Under the pieces are notes generated by a model, which saw only the letters and a list, made by a program, of their open reading frames with translations, was not told the DNA's origin and did not search any database. A stretch of 64,000 nucleotides of DNA, from positions 77,691 to 141,690 of the forward strand of contig CAVSWS010000041.1 of assembly GCA_963731765.1 (NCBI GenBank), written 5' to 3'. Positions within the stretch are counted from its first letter, which is position 1, and every line of letters starts with the position of its first letter. Positions 51,878 to 61,500 of the stretch are shown here, one piece after another. A program made the translations under genes and the position numbers. This DNA comes from an uncultured Chloroflexia bacterium (GTDB taxonomy: Bacteria > Chloroflexota > Dehalococcoidia > DSTF01 > WHTK01).

Positions 51878-52814
51878 CGCGACCGTCCTCCCTGCCGTCC
51901 GGCTCCACGTCCTCCGGCAGGATCTCGACCTGCCCGTCGCCCATGCGCAGCCGTGCCCGCTCCGACACGTCGATGCGCTCCAGGTACTCCTTCGGGATCT
52001 GCAGGCGCCCCGTGCGGTCCACCACCGCGTACTCGTCGTGGTAAACGTAGGCTTCCTTGCCCTGGAAGGCGATGCGACGGAAGCTCTCCGTGCTGATGCG
52101 GCCGTCCCGGATCGCAACGACGCGGTCGATCTGGTTGGCGATCGCCGGGTCGTGCGTCACGACGACGACCGTCACACCGAGCTCATCGTTCAGGCCTCGC
52201 AGCACGGCGAACACCTCGGACGCCGTCTGGGAATCGAGCTCACCGGTAGGCTCGTCGGCCAGCAGCAGGGGCGGGTCGTTCGCCAGCGCCACGGCGATCG
52301 CGACGCGCTGCTGCTCGCCGCCGGAGAGACGGTCGGGCTTCGAGTCCAGGCGGTGAGACAGACCGACCATGTCCAGCAGCTCTCTCGCTCTCGCCCGCGC
52401 CGGCCCCGGCTCGACGCCTTCGAGGATCATCGGCAGCTCGACGTTCTGGGTCGCCGTCAGGTACATCAGCACGTTGCGCGATGTCTGCTGCCAGACGAAG
52501 CCGACCTCTTTGCGCCGGTACTGCACGAGGTCCTTCTGCGTCATCGTCAGCAGGTTGCGGCCTCCGACGAGGCATCGGCCCGCGCTCGGAATATCGAGCC
52601 CGGCGAGGATGTTCAGCATCGTCGACTTGCCCGAGCCGGACGCCCCGACGATGGCCATCAGCTCGCCGCGCTTCACCTTCAGGTCCAGGCCGCGAAGCGC
52701 CACGACTTCCAGGTCGTCGGCTTTGTAGATCTTGAACAGGTCCTCGCACAGGATGTACGGCTCGTCTTGCGGTGCCGTTACCGGCGTCTCGATCGCTTCC
52801 CAGTTGTTCGTCAC
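51867..52814 (-). CDS. ABC transporter ATP-binding protein (MacB/LolD-like) with C-terminal extension
   Basis: 315 aa. Walker A 'GASGSGKSTMLN', 'LSGGEQQRVAIAVAL', 'LLADEPTGELD'. About 70 aa acidic C-terminal extension. Confidence 0.85.
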   Translation of the reverse strand: MTNNWEAIETPVTAPQDEPYILCEDLFKIYKADDLEVVALRGLDLKVKRGELMAIVGASGSGKSTMLNILAGLDIPSAGRCLVGGRNLLTMTQKDLVQYRRKEVGFVWQQTSRNVLMYLTATQNVELPMILEGVEPGPARARARELLDMVGLSHRLDSKPDRLSGGEQQRVAIAVALANDPPLLLADEPTGELDSQTASEVFAVLRGLNDELGVTVVVVTHDPAIANQIDRVVAIRDGRISTESFRRIAFQGKEAYVYHDEYAVVDRTGRLQIPKEYLERIDVSERARLRMGDGQVEILPEDVEPDGREDGRDGE

Positions 52815-52817
52815 GGA

Positions 52818-55800
52818 TCAAGCTTCCCCGATACGTAGCACTCTGTGCAACGCCAGCCGTGAGTACATCAGCACCACGGTTCCAATCGTCACGGCGAACA
52901 CCGCCGCGAGCACCAGCCAGGCCGTGCCCAGCGTAAGCCAGTTGATCTGCAGCTGCAGCGGCGGCAACACCTGGTCGCCCGTCTCCGTCAGCCCCATGTA
53001 CCGGATCATCAGGCTGCCGAGCCGCATGCCCATTAGTGTCCCCGCCGCCATGCCAAGCCCGATGACGAAGAGCTGCTCGAACGCCACGACGCCCGCGATC
53101 TGCTTCTTCGAGAAGCCCATCGTCCGTAGCACGGCGAACTCCAGCGTGCGTCGCTGCGCCGTCAGGTAGGAGTAGATCAGGAAGCCGATGGCGCTCAGCA
53201 GCAGGATCGCCGCGAAGCTGATGAACAGGATGCCCTCCCAGCCTGCCGCCACCAGTGGGTCGCTCTGCTGCTCCGCCTCGATGTCGTCCACGGCGATGAC
53301 CTGGCCGGCAAGCACACCCGGCGCCATCTGCGAGCGGATCGTCGCCAGCCCCTGCGCATCGGTGTCGAACCAGGACTCGGATGGGTAGAGCAGAGGCCCC
53401 CTCGGGTTGCCGTTGAGCATCGCCGCCAGCATCGACCCGTTTGTGATCAGCGCCGGCTCGCTGCGAGTGTCGCCCATCGTCGGGAAGAGCCCGAAGCTAC
53501 CGACGATGCGCGCCTGCATGAACAGCGAGTTGACGAAAATCTGCGTCACGTCGCCCACGCGCAGGCCGCTGCTGCGCATGAACCCGGAGCTCGCCAGGAC
53601 GGGCAAGATGCCATCCCCCGTGTGCGGCACGATGGCCTGGGTCTGGATGTTCGCGCTCTGCGGTTGCCACGAAAGCTCGAAAGCCGTGTAGTCGCCGTCC
53701 TGGCGCGTTCGGGTTACGTCGTTCAGTGCCGTTGGGAGGCCGCCCTGCCACACATCCCACTCCGCCGTGCTGTCGAACGCGGCGATCGTTTGAGCGTCGG
53801 GCAGGTCGCCGCCTGCGCGCGTTGGATCGGCTCGCAGTCGCGATTGGCCCAGGTCCCCCGGCAGCGTCGTGGCGCTCGAAGTGTGCAGGTCGTCGAACTG
53901 AAGAGTGCCCTGCGGCGCGGCGTATCGTGTCGGCGACCGAAGCGAGATCGAAGTCACCGTCAGCGGCGCTTGCGGGTCCGCCACCGTGTACGGCCCGTTG
54001 ATTGCCGGACCCGGCGAGCGGAAGCGGTTGTTGTTGACCGGTAAGCTCAGGTCGGCCACGAGCAGCGTCCAACCCGGCTGCATCGCCGTCACGTCGTCCG
54101 GGCCGACTAGATACGTGAAGTAGCGCCCGGAGGCGTCGCGCACCTCCATGGTCAGACCGAACTGGCTACGCATGTCGACCGGGTTCACCCACAGACCCAA
54201 CCAGCGAGCGTCGGCCGGAAGCACGAGGCCGTAATCGCTACCGCTAAGCGACGGCCCCAGCTTGTCCATCAGCGTTCCCAGCGAGTCGCCCGCGAAGTCC
54301 GACCGGAAGTACGCCACGTCCCGCATCGACTCCGGCTCGACGCCCAGGATGTCGAACGAGGTCTGGTTGCCCAGGTCGCCCTCGCTGCCGCCGAGGCGGT
54401 ACACCTGCGTGACATGCGACGCGCCCGTTTTGTCGGCGAGATAGGCGTCCACCGTGCTCGGGCCCGAAGCCGCCACGGAGTTCAGATTCTGGATGCGCAC
54501 GTTCGCGCCGGCCTCGTACTGGGCCCGGTCGGCGTAGCTCGAATCCAGGGTCGCCCCGAAGCTGGCGGAGAACATGCCCACGGCCGTCGCCAGCATTAGC
54601 AGCAGCACGAGGCGAGAGTAGTGCACAGGGTTGCGCACGAGCTGCCACATGCCGATGAGCACGGCAGCCCCCTGCACCTTGGAGACCGCCCACGCCAGCA
54701 GCTTCAGCACTACCGGGAACAGGCGCAGGAACACGAGGCCGACGGTGAGAATGAAGAACGCCGGCGTCAGCAGCACCACCGGGTCCACCGACTGGTTGCC
54801 GAAGAAGTCGCTGGAAACCAGGCTGCCGCGCCGGTTGAGCTGGTACAGCAGGATGCCCCCCACAACTACCAGGACGACGTCGAGGTAGTAGCGCGTGAAC
54901 ACAGGCTGCTTCGGTGGCCGGGCGCTGGCCGTGCGCTGCTGCACCATCGTCCGCCGCGATGCGCTGTACGCCGGCACCAGCAGCGTCACGAACGCCAGCG
55001 CCGCGCCCGCGGCCGCCCAGTAGTACGCCTGGTTGCCGACGTGCACCTGCAGGTTCGAGCCGCCGCTCAAGTCATGGAACGGCGGCGTATGGCCGAGCAG
55101 CCCGACCACGAGCGCCGCGATCGGTGGCCCCAGCAGCAGCGCGAACGCCGCGATTGCCAGGCCCTCCATCACGTAGATGCGCATGACCTGGAACGTCGTG
55201 GCGCCCCGGCTCTTCAGCAGTGCGATCTCCGCCGCCTGCCGTTCGACCACCATCGTCGAGACCATGAACAGGTAGTAGAGGACGATGGCCGAGATCTGCA
55301 GCACCAGCACGAGCAAGGGAATGCGCGTGAAGAACAGCTTCTGGTCGTACGTCGCCAGCACCGTGGGCAGCTGCGTCTGCACACTCGTGCGCACGACGTT
55401 CGACGACAGGTTGTTCGTGTAGCCGTCCAGCGCGTAACGCACGGACTGGGCGTTGCGGGAGTTCACACCTGACGTGTCGAGGTAGATCAACGTGGTGTAG
55501 TCGGACGTCATCGTCGGCAGGTAACCCACGATGGCGTTGAAGAACGTCGTCTGGGAGATGATCATCGGGATCGTGTCCCAGTTGTTGCTGTGGAAGTCCA
55601 GGAGCTGGTTCTGACCCACCCAGAAGTCCTCGGTCGGGTCCTTCGCCTCGATGATGCCGACGACACGCACCCGGATCGGCGCCAGCTCCAGGCGCCAGAA
55701 CGGGTTCATGTCGAACTCCTGGCCCACGGAGATGCCGAGTCGCTGCGCCGTCTCCGCCCCGACCGCGACATCGAAGCTCGGGGCCTGGTCCGGCGTCGCG

Positions 55801-56264
55801 GGTGGCGCATCGCCCGGGAACACGCCCTGGACGACGTTGATGTGCGACTGCAGGTCCGTCACGAAGATGAAGTGACCGCGGTCCCGGCCCTGGTTCTCCT
55901 CGTCGACAGGCTGTCCCGGCACCGTGGGGTAGAACGTGGCGCTACGCCCGATCGCCGTGGGCTGGCCGTCGATGATGCCGCCGAACCAGCCCTGCGCCGA
56001 GTTCTGGATGTACTCCTCGTTGCGGTTGTAGTCGGCGCTCACGCCGGTCTGAGACGTGCTGCGGACGACCATGTTGATCTCGTCCGGCGCGCGCTGGTCG
56101 ATTGCGTACTTCAGGCCCAGGTCGCGGATGGCGTCGGTGTAGATCGCGGTGGTCGACATAATCGCCGCAGCCAGTACCGCCCCGATAACGACTGCCAGCA
56201 GCAGCTTCGAGTTCGCGACCACGCGCCGTGCCACCACGGGCACCATTGAGAACAGCCCCCACAT
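52818..56264 (-). CDS. FtsX-like ABC transporter permease, giant two-module form (two FtsX domains, large extracytoplasmic domains)
   Basis: 1148 aa. Two sets of four-TM FtsX modules separated by large periplasmic/extracellular regions. Directly downstream of two ABC ATPase genes. Confidence 0.8.
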   Translation of the reverse strand: MWGLFSMVPVVARRVVANSKLLLAVVIGAVLAAAIMSTTAIYTDAIRDLGLKYAIDQRAPDEINMVVRSTSQTGVSADYNRNEEYIQNSAQGWFGGIIDGQPTAIGRSATFYPTVPGQPVDEENQGRDRGHFIFVTDLQSHINVVQGVFPGDAPPATPDQAPSFDVAVGAETAQRLGISVGQEFDMNPFWRLELAPIRVRVVGIIEAKDPTEDFWVGQNQLLDFHSNNWDTIPMIISQTTFFNAIVGYLPTMTSDYTTLIYLDTSGVNSRNAQSVRYALDGYTNNLSSNVVRTSVQTQLPTVLATYDQKLFFTRIPLLVLVLQISAIVLYYLFMVSTMVVERQAAEIALLKSRGATTFQVMRIYVMEGLAIAAFALLLGPPIAALVVGLLGHTPPFHDLSGGSNLQVHVGNQAYYWAAAGAALAFVTLLVPAYSASRRTMVQQRTASARPPKQPVFTRYYLDVVLVVVGGILLYQLNRRGSLVSSDFFGNQSVDPVVLLTPAFFILTVGLVFLRLFPVVLKLLAWAVSKVQGAAVLIGMWQLVRNPVHYSRLVLLLMLATAVGMFSASFGATLDSSYADRAQYEAGANVRIQNLNSVAASGPSTVDAYLADKTGASHVTQVYRLGGSEGDLGNQTSFDILGVEPESMRDVAYFRSDFAGDSLGTLMDKLGPSLSGSDYGLVLPADARWLGLWVNPVDMRSQFGLTMEVRDASGRYFTYLVGPDDVTAMQPGWTLLVADLSLPVNNNRFRSPGPAINGPYTVADPQAPLTVTSISLRSPTRYAAPQGTLQFDDLHTSSATTLPGDLGQSRLRADPTRAGGDLPDAQTIAAFDSTAEWDVWQGGLPTALNDVTRTRQDGDYTAFELSWQPQSANIQTQAIVPHTGDGILPVLASSGFMRSSGLRVGDVTQIFVNSLFMQARIVGSFGLFPTMGDTRSEPALITNGSMLAAMLNGNPRGPLLYPSESWFDTDAQGLATIRSQMAPGVLAGQVIAVDDIEAEQQSDPLVAAGWEGILFISFAAILLLSAIGFLIYSYLTAQRRTLEFAVLRTMGFSKKQIAGVVAFEQLFVIGLGMAAGTLMGMRLGSLMIRYMGLTETGDQVLPPLQLQINWLTLGTAWLVLAAVFAVTIGTVVLMYSRLALHRVLRIGEA

Positions 56265-56366
56265 ACGGGCGAGATTGTGTCACCCGAACCGAGGTTCGGC
56301 AATCAACGTGACTCGTCTGATTCGATGAGCTTCCGTAATTTCGTCGCCACGCGATACTCTCGGGTC

Positions 56367-56693
56367 ATGACGGAACATTTCGATTGTCCTCACCTCGGAG
56401 GCCGGGTTGACCTCACAGATGAGCGCCTTGAGCACATCAAGGCGGAACACCAGGACCTGGAGCCATTCATCAACCGTATTGGTGACGTGTTGCGCGATCC
56501 AGACGAAGTTCGTCAGAGCACCCGTGACGAGCAAATTCGCCTATTTGCGCGTTGGTATGATGCTGTTAAGCGCGGTAAGCACGTCATCGTGGTCGTGGTC
56601 AGTGAACCTTCACCGTCGCAGCGGCACTGGATCATAACGGCGTACATGGCGCAGCGCCTGACCGGAGGCATTGTCGAATGGGTGAAAAACTAG
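56367..56693 (+). CDS. DUF4258-family protein (toxin-like component of a putative TA pair)
   Basis: Start at 'MTEHFDCPH'. 'LTDERLEHIKAEH' and C-terminal 'GKHVIVVVVS...RHWIITAYMAQR' resemble DUF4258. Lies in a locally lower-GC islet. Confidence 0.45.
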   Translation: MTEHFDCPHLGGRVDLTDERLEHIKAEHQDLEPFINRIGDVLRDPDEVRQSTRDEQIRLFARWYDAVKRGKHVIVVVVSEPSPSQRHWIITAYMAQRLTGGIVEWVKN

Positions 56694-56911
56694 CATTTCG
56701 CTATGACAAAGTCGGCGACATTATGTACGTCGAGAAGTGCCAGCCGTACGCCGAACAAAACTCAGATGAAATCGGCGATGAGATCGTTGCGCGCTTTAAC
56801 CCTGAGACAGGCGACGTTGAAGGGCTTGAGATCCTCTCCTGGTCGAAGCGCATCGAGGCTGGCGAAACAGTGAATCTTCCGATTTCTGGAAAGCTCCGTC
56901 TCGCTGTCTAA
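56678..56911 (+). CDS. DUF2283-family protein (antitoxin-like partner)
   Basis: 77 aa. 'FRYDKVGDIMYVEK...GDEIVARFNPETGDVEGLEILSWSKRIE' matches DUF2283. 16-bp overlap with the upstream ORF. Confidence 0.55.
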   Translation: MGEKLAFRYDKVGDIMYVEKCQPYAEQNSDEIGDEIVARFNPETGDVEGLEILSWSKRIEAGETVNLPISGKLRLAV

Positions 56912-56921
56912 GGTAGCTCCT

Positions 56922-57689
56922 TCACCAAACTGCAGCGTCTGACCCCAACGGCGACGACACGCGCTCCCAGCGTGGCGCCGTCTCCGATAGCCTGACCACC
57001 GGCCCCAGGTGTCGCAGGCGCCCGAACGCGCTCTCCGTCTCCACCAGCAGGTCCGAGACACCCGCGCCGGTGTCTTCGAGGTTCGGTAGCTGCACGCCCT
57101 CGTAGGCGGTGCGACCGAGGCTCTGGATCCAGCGACCGGTTTGCGCCAGCGAAACCCGTACCAGGTAGCTGCCGCCCTCGATCGCGCGCCGGCGCAGCGC
57201 CGTCATGACACCGAAAGCCAGAAGGTAGCCCGAGACGTAGTCGAGCGCCTGTGCGGGCAGGTGGTGCGGCTGCCCGCCGCCACTCTCCTCATCCACGATG
57301 CCCGTGACGGACTGCACCAGGCTGTCGAAGCCGCGCCGTTCCCGCCACGGCCCGATGTGCCCGTAGGCGCTTAGCGTCGCATAGATGATGCCGGGTCGCC
57401 GGGCCGCCAGCTCCTCCGGCGAGAAGCCTCGACCCGCCAGACTGCCCGGCCGGTACGCCTGCAAAAACACGTCGCCGCGCTCGATCAGGCTGTAGAGCGC
57501 CTCGCGGCCCTCTTCGTCGCGCAGGTCGATGCTCGCCGAGCGCTTGCCGTGCCCCATGTCGATATCGAGGCCCTCGGGGAAGCCCGGCAGGTGCGGCGCC
57601 GTCACGCGCATCACGTCCGCCCCGTGCTCCGCCAGCGTGCGACCACCCACCGGCCCGGCGATCACCCGCGTCAGGTCCAGCACCCGCAC
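56922..57689 (-). CDS. CoA-transferase family III (CaiB/BaiF) protein lacking the usual small domain
   Basis: 255 aa. In-frame upstream context '...KGDRPLSGVRVLDLTRVIAGP' is the canonical CaiB N-terminus. 'IIYATLSAYGHIGPW', 'DSLVQSVTG' and 'LDYVSGYLLAFGVMTAL' conserved. C-terminal 'GPVVRLSETAPRW' resembles the CaiB C-terminus. About 120 aa shorter than typical members. Confidence 0.55.
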   Translation of the reverse strand: MRVLDLTRVIAGPVGGRTLAEHGADVMRVTAPHLPGFPEGLDIDMGHGKRSASIDLRDEEGREALYSLIERGDVFLQAYRPGSLAGRGFSPEELAARRPGIIYATLSAYGHIGPWRERRGFDSLVQSVTGIVDEESGGGQPHHLPAQALDYVSGYLLAFGVMTALRRRAIEGGSYLVRVSLAQTGRWIQSLGRTAYEGVQLPNLEDTGAGVSDLLVETESAFGRLRHLGPVVRLSETAPRWERVSSPLGSDAAVW

Positions 57690-58432
57690 GCCCGAGAGCG
57701 GCCGGTCGCCCTTCGATGCAGCGGCTCCGGAGCGCTCTCGCCGATCTTGACGACGTCAAGGATAGGCAGCGTCGCAATCGCCTGTGCCTGGGGATGCGCC
57801 GCCCACTCCGCCGCCGAACGCACGAGCCCGATTGTCATGCCTTCAGCCGCCAGCCGGTCCTCCAGCTCGGAGCCGCCCCAGGTCGACACCGCCTTCGCGA
57901 CCGACGCTCTGTCGTCTTCGCAGCCCAGGACGCGCAGCACGCCATCGCGATGGTGGGGGAAGTTGCAGTGCAGCTGGATCCACCGCCCGTCGCGCGTCTC
58001 GTAGAACCCGGAGATCGAGGCCCACGCACTCGGCGGCGCCTGCCCGTCGATGCGCAGATAGCGGTCGCTACGCAGCGCCGCGGCAGCATCCCGCAGGCTC
58101 ACAGAAACCGTCTGCTGCCGGCCCGTGCGCAGAGCCCACAGCTCCGAAGCCGCTACGCCTGTCGCCGCGATCGCCGCCGCGCCGGCCGTTGCCAGGCGAA
58201 ACGTCGTGGGGAACACGGGCTCTTCGCCTGTAATCGAGACATCAGTCCGAGGGTCCCCCCAGTCGGCCGACTCCAGTAACTCCCGCAGCGCCTGGTCCGC
58301 CGAAACATCCTGCATCATGCCCGTCACGAGAACCTCTCCTACGACACTACATCGTTCATTGAGTACATCGCTCAACGATGTAAGTATACGACTCCGAGCA
58401 AGTGCCTCGGGAGCGCCGGCATCCACGTACAA
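57671..58432 (-). CDS. CaiB/BaiF-like fragment (middle and small-domain region only)
   Basis: 253 aa. 'FRLATAGAAAIAATGVAASELWALRTGRQQTVSVSL' and 'FYETRDGRWIQLHCNFPHHRDGVLRVLGCEDD...AAEWAAHPQAQAI' match CaiB internal and small-domain regions. Lacks the N-terminal Rossmann segment and the catalytic Asp. Overlaps the next CDS by 19 bp in another frame. Confidence 0.4.
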   Translation of the reverse strand: MYVDAGAPEALARSRILTSLSDVLNERCSVVGEVLVTGMMQDVSADQALRELLESADWGDPRTDVSITGEEPVFPTTFRLATAGAAAIAATGVAASELWALRTGRQQTVSVSLRDAAAALRSDRYLRIDGQAPPSAWASISGFYETRDGRWIQLHCNFPHHRDGVLRVLGCEDDRASVAKAVSTWGGSELEDRLAAEGMTIGLVRSAAEWAAHPQAQAIATLPILDVVKIGESAPEPLHRRATGRSRACGCWT

Positions 58433-58584
58433 CGCTTGAAGATGAGCTCGACTCTTACGCCCTGGACGCGCCCTCGGCGGCCTACTCTGATCGCTCGCCC
58501 TCTCTGCCGGCGGGGAGGGGACGAAACGCTCAACACGAATTCGAAACGCCTTCCGAGCCAGGGGAGGGGTCGTATAATCGCACC

Positions 58585-61500
58585 GTGACGAACTCCCCGG
58601 AAGAACGCAAACCCCTCCTTGCCATCCTGGACGGCCACGGCATCATCCATCGCGCCTACTACGCCCTCAAGGACACGCCCCTCGTCGCCAAGCGCACGGG
58701 CGAGAACACCAGCGCCGTCTTCGGCTTCACGAACACGCTGCTGACGATCATCGATGAGCTCAAGCCCACCCATCTCATCGTCGCCGTCGACCTGCCGGGA
58801 CCGACCTTCCGTCACGCCCGCGACGCCTCGTACAAGGCCACGCGCTTCGAGAACATCAAGACCAACGTCAACAACGTCCTGAAGACGGTGCCCGACCTCG
58901 AAGAGACCGTGCGCTCCCAGATCGCCGAGGCCGTCGCCGGCGCCGAGAACCGCGAAGCCATCCACAACGGCGTCTACGACACGGCGGAAGGGGCCGGCGT
59001 CTCCGATGAGCTCCGGCTCGAGATCGAGCGCGCCCTCGCGCCCATCGAGTCGTCCTGGGAGCTGTCGCGCCAGATGGGGCGCTGCCTGGAGATGATGGAC
59101 GCCTTCAACATCCCGGTGTTCAGCGCCCAGGGCTACGAGGCGGACGACGTCATCGGCGCCCTATCGGTCCAGGCCGCGGAGCAGGGCATCGACACCTACC
59201 TCGTCACGCTCGACAGCGACCTCATCCAGCTCATCCAGGACGACGTCACGATCTACATGATGCGTCCTTACCAGCGTGACGTCGTCATCTACAACGAAGA
59301 GACCGCCACGGAGCGCTACAAGTTTCCCCCGAAGCTCATGGCCGACTACAAGGCCCTGCGCGGCGACAGTTCCGACAACATCCCGGGCATTCCCGGCGTC
59401 GGCGACGGCACCGCGACGAAGCTCCTCACGCAGTACCCCGGCATCGAAGCGATCTACGAGCACCTCGAGGAGATCAAGCCGGACAAGCTGCGGGAGAACC
59501 TGCGCGCCCACGAGGCCCAGGTGCGCCAGGCCCTCGATACGGCCACCATCCGCACCGACGTGCCCGATATCACCCTCAACATGGATGAGGCCGTGGTCGG
59601 CCGGTACGACCGCCAGCGCGTTCTCGACCTCCTGCGCGACCTCGAGTTCCGCACCCTCGTCCCGCGCCTCCCTCCCGTCGACCAGACGTGGCTTGGCGCC
59701 AGCGGCGAAGGGCAGTCCAACAACGACGGCGAAGCCGGAGACGAAAGCTCCCCCTCTCAGCCAACGGGGAGAGGGCCGGCGGGAGTGGTCGCCAACTACC
59801 GGGTTGTAACCACAGAAGAGGACCTCGACAAGCTGATCGAGCGTCTGCGCGAGTGCGGCCGCTTTGCCTTCGACCTCGAAGGCGTCGGCAGCAACCCGTA
59901 TCACTGCAACCTCGTCGGCATCGCGGTCGCCTGCGCCCCCGGCGAGGCCTACTACGTCCCGGTCGGTCACACGCCGCCGCAAGCATCCCTGTTGGATTCA
60001 CCGGAGTCTGACGGGGAGAGCGCCGCAGGCATCAACTCGAGGTCGGGCACCGCCCAGCTTCCCGAAGACATGGTTCTCGGCCGCCTGGCGCCTCTATTTG
60101 CGGACGAGAACGTCGAGAAGGTCGCGCACGCCGGCAAGTTCGACCTCGCGCTGCTCACCAGTCGCGGCATCGACACGCACGGCTTCGCTTTCGACACCCT
60201 GCTCGCCGCCTACGTGCTCGGCGAAGGCGCCCTCGCCGACACCTTCCGCGCCGGTGCCGGCTCTCTCAGCCTCAAGTGGCTCACCTCCCGCCGGCTGGGC
60301 TACGAGATGAAGGAGATCATCGAGTTAGTCGGCAAGGCGGGGAACAAGCAGACGCCGATCAGCGCCGTCAGCGTCGACGATTGCCTGGTGTACGTCTGCG
60401 AGAACGTCGACTACACCCTGCGTCTGCGTGAACCCCTGGAGCGCGAGATGCGCGACTACGGCGAGATGTGGAAGCTCTTCCTCAACGTCGAGATGCCCCT
60501 CGTGCCCGTGCTCGCGCGCATGGAGGCCGCCGGCATTGCCCTCGACACGAACGTCCTGCGCGAGCTCTCCATCGGTCTCAACGAGCAGATCGACTACTAC
60601 GAGAAAGAGGCCTACAGCGCCGTCGGTCACGAGTTCAACCTGGGTTCGCCGCCCCAGCTCTCCATCGTCCTGTTCGAGGAGCTGGGCTTGCCCAAGACGC
60701 GTAAGACCAAGCAGGGCTACTCCACCGACGCCCAGAGCATCGAGGCACTCAGGGGAGTGCATCCAATCATTGACATAATCTTGCACTGGCGCGAGCTCAC
60801 CAAGCTGCGTTCGACCTACATTGACACGCTTCCCCTGGCGGTCGACTCGCGGGACCTGCGCGTGCACACCACGTTCGATCAGGCCGTTGCAGCCACGGGA
60901 CGTCTCTCCTCGAACAACCCGAACCTGCAGAACATCCCGGTGCGGTCGGAGCTGGGCGGGCAGGTGCGACGCGCCTTCGTGGCCCGCGACATCGGCAAGG
61001 ACCCCGTGCTGCTCTCCGCCGACTATTCTCAGATCGAGCTGCGCATCCTTGCCCACATGTCGCAGGACCCCGGCCTCATCGAAGCCTTCCTCAACGACGA
61101 GGACATTCACGCCGCCACCGCATCGCAGGTCTTCGGCGTCGCCATCGAAGACGTCACGCGCATCCAGCGCAACCGGGCGAAGGTGTTCAACTTCGGCGTG
61201 CTGTACGGCCTCACAGACTTCGGTCTCGCCCAGCGCGAGGGCATCAGTCGCGAAGAAGCCCGGGCATTCATCGACCGCTACTTCGATAAATACCAGGCCG
61301 TCAAAGCCTGGCGCGACGACATCGTCAACAGCACGCGCGCCGACGGCTACGCCGAGACCCTCGCCGGCCGCCGCCGCTACATCCCGGACATCCACAGCTC
61401 CAACTTCAACGTGCGCATGGCGGCCGAGCGTGTCGCCATCAACATGCCGATCCAGGGCACCGCGTCCGACATCATCAAGATCGCCATGCTCGGCATCGAC

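Noticed and set aside
53497-54693. Multiple 140-190-aa ORFs on both strands
   Set aside because: All are embedded in the 1148-aa FtsX permease CDS in other frames, with Arg/Gly/Pro-rich translations.
58402-58584. N-terminal 61-aa extension of the polA track ORF (MPRERRHPRT...)
   Set aside because: It is low-complexity, overlaps the divergent CaiB-like ORF start, and PolI homology begins only after the in-frame GTG at 58585.
59161-60001. 273-aa and 141-aa minus-strand ORFs
   Set aside because: They are antisense to polA, whose own frame carries unmistakable PolI motifs.
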